Source: an uncultured Candidatus Saccharibacteria bacterium (GTDB lineage Bacteria > Patescibacteriota > Minisyncoccia > Phycocordibacterales > PALSA-1337). Taken from it: a stretch of DNA of 64,000 nt. Position 1 is the stretch's first letter. Every line of letters starts with the position of its first letter. Shown here piece by piece: positions 20,582-30,900 of the stretch. The stretch lies in contig CAZYBH010000001.1 in the NCBI GenBank assembly GCA_964645315.1, forward strand, positions 32,405 through 96,404. Direction: 5' to 3'. The position numbers and the translations under genes were made by a program. Under the pieces are notes generated by a model. That model searched no databases. It saw nothing but the letters and a program-made list of their open reading frames with translations, and was not told where the DNA came from.

Positions 20582-20995
20582 TCAAGCCACGTGTTCGAGC
20601 CGGGTGTGGTCGATAGTAATGGGTGCGAGTCGGAGAGTGCCACGGTCGAATTCTTCGACGAGAGAAGACAGTTGCAATCTTCCTGCCTCGTCTGAAGTAT
20701 CCGTTTCGTAATCAAACTCACCCTCAACACCGATTCCACAGGCGACGATGATGGTTTTGGCTCCATGGCGTCGGATTTGTTTGGTCAGACCTCGGGATCC
20801 TTCGAAGTGATGGACGAGGACGAGGTTCGCTTCTTCGCAGTTCAGATTGGCAGTAACAAGATCACTCGGATTTCCATTGAGATCCTGATCATCAATGGCG
20901 ATTTTGATTGCCCTGTGAAGCCGACTGCACCAGAAAGCATCGCAAAATCCTTCGGCAATCTGTTTATTTGTGCCAACCACAATCAATTTCCTCAT
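20582..20995 (-). CDS. Orphan protein, possible degenerate receiver-like fold
   Basis: SD AGGAGG before MRKLIVVG; alternating beta/alpha pattern; terminator hairpin near 20470-20515. Confidence 0.6.
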   Translation of the reverse strand: MRKLIVVGTNKQIAEGFCDAFWCSRLHRAIKIAIDDQDLNGNPSDLVTANLNCEEANLVLVHHFEGSRGLTKQIRRHGAKTIIVACGIGVEGEFDYETDTSDEAGRLQLSSLVEEFDRGTLRLAPITIDHTRLEHVA

Positions 20996-21188
20996 GTTTC
21001 CTCCTGTTAGGGGTTCTGTTTTCCAGTAAAACCATACTCCTGTATTCAAATTATGTCAAACTTATTATTTGGGTAATATCAGTTAATTAATATTATTCTA
21101 GGTACTCATAGTTAAAGTTTTATCTTTGACTGTTCAAAATAAATAAACAGAAAACCCCCAGAGGGGGTGTTCGTTCGCTTTATTGTTT

Positions 21189-21467
21189 TCATCCAAAGAG
21201 TTCTTCAAGAGCCATTTTGATTAGACGCCTCGTTTTTATTTTTGTTTTTAGTTGGATTTGCTTTCCCTTTCGGATATTTTTTTCGCGAATGACTTTGGTT
21301 TTTATGGACTTAAAATTTGGATCTTCCGTGGCATTCCTGATTATTTTTACTTTGGAACGACCGGCCAAGTAACCCTTCAGGAATTTCTTGAAATACTTCC
21401 TTCTGACTTGACTTGACATAACCCTTTGTTCAACCACATGCTTGGAGGGCGGGGGAGTTGATTCCAT
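21189..21467 (-). CDS. Small Lys/Arg-rich orphan protein
   Basis: 92-aa ORF followed by a hairpin near 21150-21170. Confidence 0.5.
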   Translation of the reverse strand: MESTPPPSKHVVEQRVMSSQVRRKYFKKFLKGYLAGRSKVKIIRNATEDPNFKSIKTKVIREKNIRKGKQIQLKTKIKTRRLIKMALEELFG

Positions 21468-21666
21468 ACCATTGTGGTGTTTTAGTTGAAAAGAGGTACA
21501 AAGTTCAGTCTAGGATATTACCTTGAAAATGTTTTTTTGCCAAATTATATTCATACAGAAGTCTGACATATGCATTGCAGAAGTCAGACTTCTGTATCTA
21601 TGTGTATTTCTATGTCTCTGCTTTGGTATAATGAATATTATAAATAAAATAACTAATTATTAAAAA

Positions 21667-22407
21667 ATGGACTTAAAAAATAAAGTAGCGATAGTTACAG
21701 GAGCAAAGCAGGGTATAGGTTTCGGTATTGCAAAAGTCTTGGCCAGTAGAGGTGCAAAAGTCGTGGTGAGTGATCTCGATGCATCAGAATGCGATTTGGC
21801 GGTAAATAAATTGAAAGAGCTAGGCTATGAGTCTATGGGCATAGCATGCGATGTTTCCAAAAAATCTGAAGTAGAAAATTTGATAAAAAAGACTGTGGAG
21901 GATTTTGGCAGTTTGGATATCTTGGTCAATAATGCAGGAATATTTCCATTTGTACCATTTAAGGATATGAAAGAATCAGATTGGGACAAAGTCATAAATG
22001 TAAATTTGAAAAGTATATTTTTTACTGTTCAAGAAGCACTAAAGGTGATGAAAGATGGAAGCAAGATAGTCAACATCTCTTCTATAGCGTCATTTGTTGG
22101 TTTCGAAGGATTGACTCATTATTGTGCATCCAAGGGTGCTATAAATGCTTTTGTCAGAGCTTTGGCATTGGAGCTTGCTCCTAGAAAGATCAATATAAAC
22201 AATGTCGCTCCTGGTGCCATCGACACTCCTGGTGCTACTGGAGCAATAGATAATAAAACAAAAAATGCGTATATAGAGGCGATACCTTGGAAGAGATATG
22301 GTCTCCCAGAGGATATTGCTCATACAGTTGCATTCTTGGCTTCTGAGGGCGCCGATTATATTACAGGGCAAACAATAGTGGTCGATGGGGGATGGACTCT
22401 AAAATAG
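21667..22407 (+). CDS. SDR-family oxidoreductase (FabG-like)
   Basis: TGAKQGIG, NNAG, YCASK, VDGG. Confidence 0.93.
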   Translation: MDLKNKVAIVTGAKQGIGFGIAKVLASRGAKVVVSDLDASECDLAVNKLKELGYESMGIACDVSKKSEVENLIKKTVEDFGSLDILVNNAGIFPFVPFKDMKESDWDKVINVNLKSIFFTVQEALKVMKDGSKIVNISSIASFVGFEGLTHYCASKGAINAFVRALALELAPRKININNVAPGAIDTPGATGAIDNKTKNAYIEAIPWKRYGLPEDIAHTVAFLASEGADYITGQTIVVDGGWTLK

Positions 22408-22448
22408 CATTTGCCTTTTTCGAGCTAATTTGCTAGTCTTTGGAAACC

Positions 22449-22802
22449 ATGTTAATGATCAGATTACAAAGAACTGGAAGGAAACACGAACCAACATTTC
22501 GTGTGGTTTTGACTGATTCCAAGAATGGTCCAAAAAGTGGTAAGTACAAATTGAATTTGGGTTGGTATGATTCGAGGATTGATAATGATGCAAAAAAGCA
22601 ATTGGACACTGAAGCTATCAAGTCATGGATGTCCAAGGGTGCAAAACTATCAGTTACTCTTCACAACTTCCTTGTCGCTTCGAAGGTTATCGAAGGCAAG
22701 AAAGTCAACGCTCTACCAAAGAAAACCGTTCAAAAGAAAGCAGAAGAAGCTCAAGCTCCAAAAGCCGAGACTCCTTCGGTCACTCCTACTCCACAGGCCT
22801 AA
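22449..22802 (+). CDS. rpsP: 30S ribosomal protein S16
   Basis: MLMIRLQRTGRKHEPTFRVV, W..KGA. Confidence 0.94.
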   Translation: MLMIRLQRTGRKHEPTFRVVLTDSKNGPKSGKYKLNLGWYDSRIDNDAKKQLDTEAIKSWMSKGAKLSVTLHNFLVASKVIEGKKVNALPKKTVQKKAEEAQAPKAETPSVTPTPQA

Positions 22803-22880
22803 ATTGTTAGACAGTATATTGTCTGATAAAATTGTGGAGTACAGATTATTCTGTACGATTTATGAAATAATATAAAGAAT

Positions 22881-23222
22881 ATGCAGCAAGATCAGCAATT
22901 TTTGGATTTCGTTATTAAGGCTCTAGTAGACAATCCAGGTGAGGTTAAGATAAATAGAACGGTAGATGAAATGGGTGTGTTACTTACTCTTGAAGTAGGT
23001 GCCGCTGATATGGGCAAGATTATCGGTAGACAGGGCAACACAGCAAAAGCTATTAGGACATTGCTAAGAGTAGTCGGTATGAAAAACAACTCTCGTGTCA
23101 ACCTCAAGATCAATGAACCAGTAGGTGGTTTGAAATCTCGAGAAGAAGCTCCTGCAGTCCCACTTTCTACCCCAAATTCAAAGACTGTAGATGAGGCTAT
23201 GGCTGATCTCAAATTGGGATAA
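22881..23222 (+). CDS. khpA: KH-domain RNA-binding protein KhpA
   Basis: DMGKIIGRQGNTAKAIRTLL; follows rpsP. Confidence 0.9.
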   Translation: MQQDQQFLDFVIKALVDNPGEVKINRTVDEMGVLLTLEVGAADMGKIIGRQGNTAKAIRTLLRVVGMKNNSRVNLKINEPVGGLKSREEAPAVPLSTPNSKTVDEAMADLKLG

Positions 23223-23276
23223 AACAAATTTGTATAATACAAAAAACTGTGGTATAGTATTGCCACAGTTTTTTGT

Positions 23277-23987
23277 ATGATTACATTTCATAATATAACT
23301 CTTTTTCCAGAAGCCTTTGATTCATATATCGGAGCTTCGATAATCAAAAGAGCAATAGAAAAGAAAAAAATTAAAGTGGTAAATTATAATCCACGGGATT
23401 TCGTCGTTGCAAAAAATAAAGGCAAATTAACTTACTCAGATAGACGAGTCGATGATCGACCATACGGTGGTGGTCCGGGTATGGTTATTGAAGCATTGCC
23501 TGTGATCAAGGCTATAGACAAGGCAGCGGGGAAATATCTTAGAAATGCAAAATCAAAGAAGGATGTCAAAATTATCTTTTTTAGTCCAGGTGGAGAGCAG
23601 TTTTCAAATGAAATAGCCGAAGATTATAAGAAATATAAACATATTGTATTGGTTTGTGGTCGTTACGAAGGTATCGATGCTAGGATCAAAAAAGCATTTC
23701 CTATGGTCGATATCTCTGTCGGTCCATATGTCCTTACTGGTGGCGAATTGCCAGCAATGATATTGATCGATGCTATATCTCGAAGAGTACAGGGTGTTCT
23801 CGGCGACTCAGCATCGGTAGAAGAAAATCGTATTGCAAGCCGTGATGTATATACGCGTCCAGAAACTATTATTTACAAAAAGAAAAAGTATTCCGTACCA
23901 AAGATTTTGCTTTCCGGTCATCATTCAAATATTGATTCGTGGAAGAAAAAAGTAAATCAAAATAAAAAGTCAAATTTTTATCATTAG
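23277..23987 (+). CDS. trmD: tRNA (guanine-N1)-methyltransferase
   Basis: VDDRPYGGGPGM, CGRYEGID, YVLTGGE. Confidence 0.96.
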   Translation: MITFHNITLFPEAFDSYIGASIIKRAIEKKKIKVVNYNPRDFVVAKNKGKLTYSDRRVDDRPYGGGPGMVIEALPVIKAIDKAAGKYLRNAKSKKDVKIIFFSPGGEQFSNEIAEDYKKYKHIVLVCGRYEGIDARIKKAFPMVDISVGPYVLTGGELPAMILIDAISRRVQGVLGDSASVEENRIASRDVYTRPETIIYKKKKYSVPKILLSGHHSNIDSWKKKVNQNKKSNFYH

Positions 23988-24097
23988 GAAATGATTTCTA
24001 TAATTTGTAATCTTGTTTTGATAAAAATAAATTTGGTAAAATTGTACTAGTAATAATATTACTGAAATGCCTGCAAATTATCAGTTAATATAAAATC

Positions 24098-24433
24098 ATG
24101 AGTCATATGACATTATTACCATTACAACAGGATTATGTTACAAAGTCCGAATTTGAATCTTTTCGAGATGATGTTCGAGAACGTTTTGATAGTATCGATA
24201 ATAGATTCAGCGTTATAGATCAAAAATTTGAAAGTTTCAAAGATGAGATAATCAACACTCTTAGAGATGATTTTGCTAGACAAACTGGTATTATTTTGGA
24301 GACATTTCAGCACAATCTCAAAGCATCGATGGAGTATATGGAATCAAGACTGGACAAGAAGCTCGACAAATCAGAATTTTATGAGTACATGGAGCTTCAT
24401 TTCCCAAAACGATCCAAAAAACCAATAAAATAG
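24098..24433 (+). CDS. Small coiled-coil hypothetical protein
   Basis: YVTKSEF and heptad RFDSIDNRF repeats. Confidence 0.65.
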   Translation: MSHMTLLPLQQDYVTKSEFESFRDDVRERFDSIDNRFSVIDQKFESFKDEIINTLRDDFARQTGIILETFQHNLKASMEYMESRLDKKLDKSEFYEYMELHFPKRSKKPIK

Positions 24434-24470
24434 CAAATAATCTCTTATATAGGATTATTTGTCAGTAAAC

Positions 24471-24512
24471 TGTGGATAAACTATTGACATGGCCAATATA
24501 ATCTGCTAGGCT
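24471..24512 (+). promoter_or_regulatory. rpoB promoter with adjacent DnaA box
   Basis: TGTGGATAA 24471-24479; TTGACA 24484-24489, 17 nt, TGc-TAGGCT 24507-24512. Confidence 0.6.
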
Positions 24513-24707
24513 CTTCCTAACTTCGCAGATTGTGTTCTGCCGTGTCAATCGAGGCTTCGGCCAAGAAAGACCTATAGCGAGGGATTATATAGGCCTACAT
24601 TAATCCTAAAGTGCAAAATATAAAATAAATCCTCATTTCATTTCGAACCATTATTAATGGTCCATTTTTTGTTCGCGCGTTTCTATTATAAAAATATTTT
24701 TATCAAT

Positions 24708-27700
24708 ATGCCTACAACAGGTTTGCGCCCAAAGAAATTCTTTTCCCGATATAAGGAACCATTGACCGAAATGCCTCACTTGGTCGAATCGCAACTTTCT
24801 TCATTTGCTCAATTTGTCGAAAGTGGTTTCGAAAACTTGCTTAAGGAATTTTCTCCAATTACAGATTATTCTAGCAAGAAGTTCGAATTGACCATTAGTG
24901 ATATGGAGCTAGTCCGACCAAAGTTCGATGAGCACTATGCAAAAAACAATAAGATGAACTATGAGGGTCAGCTTAAGGTCAAAGTTACTCTCAAAAATAA
25001 ATCTCTAAATGTAACCAAACAACAGGAAATGTTTTTGGCTGATTTTCCATTGATGACAGATCATGGAACATTCATCATAAACGGTGTCGAAAGATTGATT
25101 ACTCCACAGCTCGCTCGTTCATTTGGTATTTTCTTCACATCAGAAGAAGTAAAAGGCAAAAGCTTCTTCGGTGCAAAGATTATTCCAGCACGAGGAGTCT
25201 GGATGGAAATAGAGACTGATAGCGATGGTTCTATATATTGTCGTATTGATCGCAAGAGGAAATTCCCAGTTACATCACTTCTAAGGATCCTTGGAGCAAA
25301 AAATAATGAGGAGATTTTTGCTCTATTCAAAGGCAATCCAGAAATGAAAAAAGCTTTAGAGCTCACTTTGGCCAAGGATCATGCCAAGACCCAAGACGAA
25401 GCTTTCGTTGAGATCTATAAGAGATTGAGAGATGGTGATCTAGCTACTGTCGAAAATGCAAAGTCATTCATCCAGGCAATATTGGAGCCAAATCGCTACG
25501 ATCTATCAAGGGTCGGTCGTTTCCGTTTCAATAAGCGTTTCGAAAAGCCTATGGACGAAAAGTCTCTCGAAAGAAGGACTCTAAACCTCGATGATATAGC
25601 TACAACCATATCTCACATCGTTACATTGAGCGTTACTCCAGATATGCAAGCTGATGATATCGATCACTTGGGTTCAAGAAGAGTTAGATTTGTCGGTGAA
25701 TTGCTCGAAGCAAGGATCAGACTTGGTCTAACCCAGATGAAGAGAAATATTCAAGACAAGATGTCGACAGTCGAACCAGATGTCACTCTTCCAGTCTCAT
25801 TCATTTATCCAAGACCACTTCAAGCAAGAATAAAAGAATTCTTTACAACCAACCAATTGTCTCAGTTCATGGAACAGACAAATACTTTGGGAGAAATAGA
25901 AAACTTGCGTACTCTTACCGCCCTTGGTCCCGGAGGTCTTTCTCGAGATCGTGCAGGATTCGAAGTTCGCGACGTCCACCCATCTCACTACGGAAGACTT
26001 TGTCCTATTCATACTCCAGAAGGTCCAAACATCGGTCTTGTGCTAAGATTGTCAATGTATGCAAGGGTCAATGATTTCGGCATGATTGAGACTCCTTATG
26101 CAAAAGTCAAAAACAGCAAGGTTACAAAAGAAATTGTCTATCTAAATGCTCTAGAAGAAGAGAACTTCAAGATCGCACATGCGGCTACTCCTTATGGCAA
26201 AGACGGATCAATCTCTATAGATGAAGTTGAAGTCCGTGTAAATGGAAAGCCATTTATGGTCAAAAAAGATGAAGTAGATTATATAGACGTTTCTACAAAT
26301 CAAGCGTTTTCTGTCGCTACATCACTTATTCCATTCTTGAATCATGACGATGCAACAAGAGCGCTTATGGGATCGAACATGTTGAAACAAGCTACACCTT
26401 GTCTTGTTCCAGAGGCACCTTTTGTCGCTACTGGTATAGAGGCCAAGGCAGTCTTGGATACAAATAGACTGGTCATCGCTCCAGAAGATGGTGAGATAAC
26501 TCATGTCGATGCAAAGCAAATCTCTCTCAAGTCAAGTAAGACAGGCAAGACAATCACATTCAATCTTGTTCTCTTTTCAAGAACAAACGGTTTCACCGCT
26601 TTCCATCAAAGACCTATAGTCAATCTAGGAGATAAGGTCAAGAAGGGAGATGTTTTGGCGGATACTTCTACATCCGAAAATGGTCAGATCGCTCTCGGTC
26701 ACAATGCTCTAGTGGCCTTCATGTCTTGGTCTGGTTCAAACTACGAGGACGCAATTATCCTTTCAGAAAGAGTTGTAAAGAATAGTAAATGGTCTTCTGT
26801 CCATATCGAAGAGATAGTAGTCAATGTTCGTGATACCAAACTTGGTCCAGAAATCACAACTTGTGATATTACAAATGTTAGCGAAGCAAAACTCAAGAAT
26901 CTAAATGAAGAGGGTATTGTCCGAGTCGGTGCTGAAGTCCGTACCGGTGATATTTTGGTTGGTAAGATTTCTCCAAAGGGTGAGACCCAACTTACTCCAG
27001 AAGAAAGATTGCTCCGCTCTATCTTCGGCGAAAAAGCTCGCGATGTGAAAGATACCTCAAAGAGAATGGAAAACGGCAAGAGGGGTCGTGTTATCTCAGT
27101 CAAAATCTTCTCAAGAGAAAATGGAGACAAACTAGAATCAGGTATTATCAAGAAAATTTATATCGAAATCGCTCAAGTTCGAAATATCTCTGTCGGAGAC
27201 AAGATGGCGGGTCGTCACGGAAACAAGGGTGTTATCTCAAAGATTCTCCCAGAAGAAGATATGCCATATATGGAAGATGGAACACCTATCGATGTTATCC
27301 TTACACCACTTGGTGTGCCTTCTCGTATGAACCTCGGTCAAATTCTCGAATTGCACCTCGGTCTTGCCGCAAACAGTCTTGGTTATCAAGCTATCGTTCC
27401 TCCATTTACCGGAGCTACTGATGCTGAGATCAAAGAAGAATTGGTAAAGGCAGGATTCGATAAGTCTGGCAAGATGCTATTACGAGACGGTCGTACCGGT
27501 GAACATTTCAAGCAACCAGTAGCAGTCGGATATATGTACATCTTGAAACTTCACCACATGGTCGAAGACAAGATTCATATGCGTTCTATCGGTCCTTATT
27601 CTCTTATCACTCAGCAACCTTTGGGAGGAAAGGCTCAAGGTGGAGGTCAAAGATTCGGAGAAATGGAAGTCTGGGCTTTGCTTGGTCACGGTGCCGCTCA

Positions 27701-27896
27701 TACTCTACGTGAAATTCTTACAGTCAAATCAGACGATATAATCGGCCGTTCACAGACATTTGATTCGATAGTCAAGGGTGAAAGATTGAAGCAACCAAAC
27801 TTACCAGCATCATTTAATGTTCTTTTGAAGACTTTGCGTGGTTTGGCCTTGAATGTGGAATTAACAAATAAACCTCAAGTCGAAGAGGAAGCATAA
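24708..27896 (+). CDS. rpoB: RNA polymerase beta subunit
   Basis: GTFIINGVER, RDVHPSHYGR, GDKMAGRHGNKG, GGQRFGEMEVW. Confidence 0.99.
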   Translation: MPTTGLRPKKFFSRYKEPLTEMPHLVESQLSSFAQFVESGFENLLKEFSPITDYSSKKFELTISDMELVRPKFDEHYAKNNKMNYEGQLKVKVTLKNKSLNVTKQQEMFLADFPLMTDHGTFIINGVERLITPQLARSFGIFFTSEEVKGKSFFGAKIIPARGVWMEIETDSDGSIYCRIDRKRKFPVTSLLRILGAKNNEEIFALFKGNPEMKKALELTLAKDHAKTQDEAFVEIYKRLRDGDLATVENAKSFIQAILEPNRYDLSRVGRFRFNKRFEKPMDEKSLERRTLNLDDIATTISHIVTLSVTPDMQADDIDHLGSRRVRFVGELLEARIRLGLTQMKRNIQDKMSTVEPDVTLPVSFIYPRPLQARIKEFFTTNQLSQFMEQTNTLGEIENLRTLTALGPGGLSRDRAGFEVRDVHPSHYGRLCPIHTPEGPNIGLVLRLSMYARVNDFGMIETPYAKVKNSKVTKEIVYLNALEEENFKIAHAATPYGKDGSISIDEVEVRVNGKPFMVKKDEVDYIDVSTNQAFSVATSLIPFLNHDDATRALMGSNMLKQATPCLVPEAPFVATGIEAKAVLDTNRLVIAPEDGEITHVDAKQISLKSSKTGKTITFNLVLFSRTNGFTAFHQRPIVNLGDKVKKGDVLADTSTSENGQIALGHNALVAFMSWSGSNYEDAIILSERVVKNSKWSSVHIEEIVVNVRDTKLGPEITTCDITNVSEAKLKNLNEEGIVRVGAEVRTGDILVGKISPKGETQLTPEERLLRSIFGEKARDVKDTSKRMENGKRGRVISVKIFSRENGDKLESGIIKKIYIEIAQVRNISVGDKMAGRHGNKGVISKILPEEDMPYMEDGTPIDVILTPLGVPSRMNLGQILELHLGLAANSLGYQAIVPPFTGATDAEIKEELVKAGFDKSGKMLLRDGRTGEHFKQPVAVGYMYILKLHHMVEDKIHMRSIGPYSLITQQPLGGKAQGGGQRFGEMEVWALLGHGAAHTLREILTVKSDDIIGRSQTFDSIVKGERLKQPNLPASFNVLLKTLRGLALNVELTNKPQVEEEA

Positions 27897-27937
27897 AAAA
27901 GATTCAAAATAAAAAATAAAAAATCTAAAATACTATT

Positions 27938-30900
27938 ATGCAAAATACACCAATAAAAAAACAAACCGACCCAACACAATTCGACTTGATTCGTTTGACT
28001 TTGGCATCTCCAGACAAGATCGCAGAATGGTCATTCGGAGAGGTGACCAAGCCTGAGACAATCAACTATCGTACCCAAAGATCAGAGAAGAGTGGTCTAT
28101 TCGACGAGAGAATATTCGGTCCAGACCATGATTATGAATGTTATTGCGGTAAGTACCGAGGCATTCGCTACAAAGGTATAGTCTGTGAGAAGTGCGGAGT
28201 CGAGATCACTCGTTCTATAGTTCGAAGAGAGAGAATGGGTCATATCGAATTGGCTTCACCAGTGTCTCATATCTGGTTCCTAAGAATCGTTCCTTCTAGG
28301 ATTGGTCTTATCTTGGGTATGACATCAGCCGATCTAGAAAAGGTTATTTACTTCGCTGGTTATATTGTCACCAAGATCCATCAGGAGGAGAAAGATAAAT
28401 TCTTGAAGGATCTCGATTCCGAATTTAAGAGCAAGGTCAAAACAGCTCAAGATGATAAGACAAAAGATGCTCTAAAAGAATTGGTCATCAATGCCAAGAA
28501 GGAGATCGATAGTCTTGTAGAAGGCTACGTCATGGATGAAGTGACATATCACAAATATGCTATCAAGTACGGCTCAGTCTTCGAAGCTGGCATCGGTGCA
28601 GAAGTAGTCTATGAATTATTGAAGAAAATTGATCTAAATAAGCTTGAAGGTGAATTGGTCAAAGCTCTAGAAGAGGCAAGTTCTGCAGATCGTGATCGTG
28701 TCTCAAAGAGGTTGGCTTTGGTCAAACAGATGATCAAATCAAAAGTTCGCCCAGAATGGATGTTCTTGGTCAGAATTCCTGTCATACCACCAGGTTTGCG
28801 TCCAATGGTCGCTCTTGATGGAGGAAGATTTGCTACTTCAGATGTCAATGATCTATACCGAAGAGTTATAAATCGAAACAACCGTCTTTTGAAATTAAAG
28901 GAAATCAATGCTCCGGAAGTTATTTTGAGAAATGAAAAAAGAATTCTTCAGGAGGCAGTCGATGCACTTATCGACAACTCTATCAGACACAGTACTTCAG
29001 CTGGTGCTGCAGCGATCGCTGCCCAAAAGCGCGCACTCAAGTCTCTTTCTGACAGTTTGAAGTCAAAGAGAGGATTGTTCAGACAAAATCTCTTGGGTAA
29101 GCGTGTAGACTATTCTGGACGTTCAGTTATCGTCGTCGGTCCAGAACTTCGACTTGATCAGTGTGGATTGCCAAAGCATATGGCTTTGGAATTGTTCCGA
29201 CCATTCGTCATCTCCGGTCTATTGAAGAGGGAATTGGCATACAATATCCGTGGTGCAAATCGTCTTATCGATGATGGAGCAAAAGAAGTCTGGGAAATTC
29301 TAGAAGAAGTTATCAAGGATCGTTATGTTCTTTTGAACCGCGCTCCTACCTTGCACAGACTTGGTATTCAAGCATTCCGTCCTATTCTTATCGAAGGAAA
29401 TGCTATCCAAGTCCACCCTCTAGTCTGTACCGCTTTCAACGCTGACTTCGATGGAGACCAGATGGCCGTCCACGTTCCACTTTCCGATGAAGCACAATTG
29501 GAGGCAAAGATGATCATGGCTTCAGACAAAAATATTTTAAAGCCTGGTAACAATGATCCTACTGTTGCTGCAAAGATGCTAGATATTGTCCTAGGATGTT
29601 TCTGGGTTACAAAGACTGTCCCAGGTGCCAAAGGTGAGAACAAATATTTCGAAACTCCTGATGCTGCTATTCTTGCAAATAGCTTTGGTGATATAGATTT
29701 GAGAGCAAAGATCAAGGTCCTAGCTCCAAAAAATGATAAGTATGCAAAATTCAATGAAGGTCTATTTGAGACCACAGTCGGAAGGATTCTATTCAACAAC
29801 GTCTTGCCAGAGGATATGTCATACATCAATGAAGAAATTTCAAGAAAAGTCCTGGGTCAAATCATCGATGATGTCATAGTCACAAGGGGTGCCGAAAATG
29901 TCGCTCCAGTACTCGATAAGGTCAAACAATTCGGATTCGGTTATGCCACATATTCAGGTACTACATGGGGTATAGACGATATCATGGTCCCAGAAGCCAA
30001 AAAAGACATCGTTGCAAAGGGTAAATCTCTATCAGATGTAGTCAATAAGCAATTTGAAGAAGGTCTACTTTCAGAAGAAGAAAGAATCAGAAAGCATATT
30101 GAGATCTGGCAAAAGACCAAGGGAGAAGTCGAAAAGGCTATTCCTCAAACACTCGATAAGATGGGATCCGTCTACGACATGGTCACTTCAGGAGCTAGAG
30201 GTTCTCTTTCACAGATCACTCAAATGGTCGGTATGAAAGGTCTCATCGCCTCAGTCTCTGGAGAAACAATCGAATTCCCAATTCTATCTTGTTCTAAGGA
30301 AGGTTTGACACCTATTGAATATTTCATCACCACTCACGGTTCAAGAAAGGGTCTTACTGATACCGCTCTAAACACAGCTAAGGCAGGTTATCTTACAAGA
30401 AAATTGTTCGTTGTTGCTCAAGATGTCGTAGTTTCTGAGACAGATTGTGGTACAAGTTCATATATTACAATTCATAAGCAGACAGCATCAGGACTAAATA
30501 TTCCTTTGTCAAAGAATATTAGAGGAAGGATCTTGGCCGATGATATCAAGACTTCAGACGGCAAAGTCCTCTTCGAAAAGGGTCATATGTTATCGAAGAA
30601 AGATGCCCAAAAAGTCGAGGAAGCTGGTGTACAAGATGTCAAAGTCCGATCACCACTTTCATGTAAGACAGTACGAGGTGTCTGTGCAAAGTGTTATGGT
30701 CTAGATTTGGGTAAAAATGGCTTGGTCAATCTCGGTGAAGCTGTAGGAACGGTCGCCGCTCAAGCGATCGGTGAACCAGGTACTCAGCTTACAATGAGAA
30801 CATTCCACGCCGGAGGTTCTGCTTCACAAGGTGGAGACATCACATCTGGTCTTCCAAGAGTCGAGGAAGTCTTCGAAAAGAGAAGGCCAAAGAATCCTGC

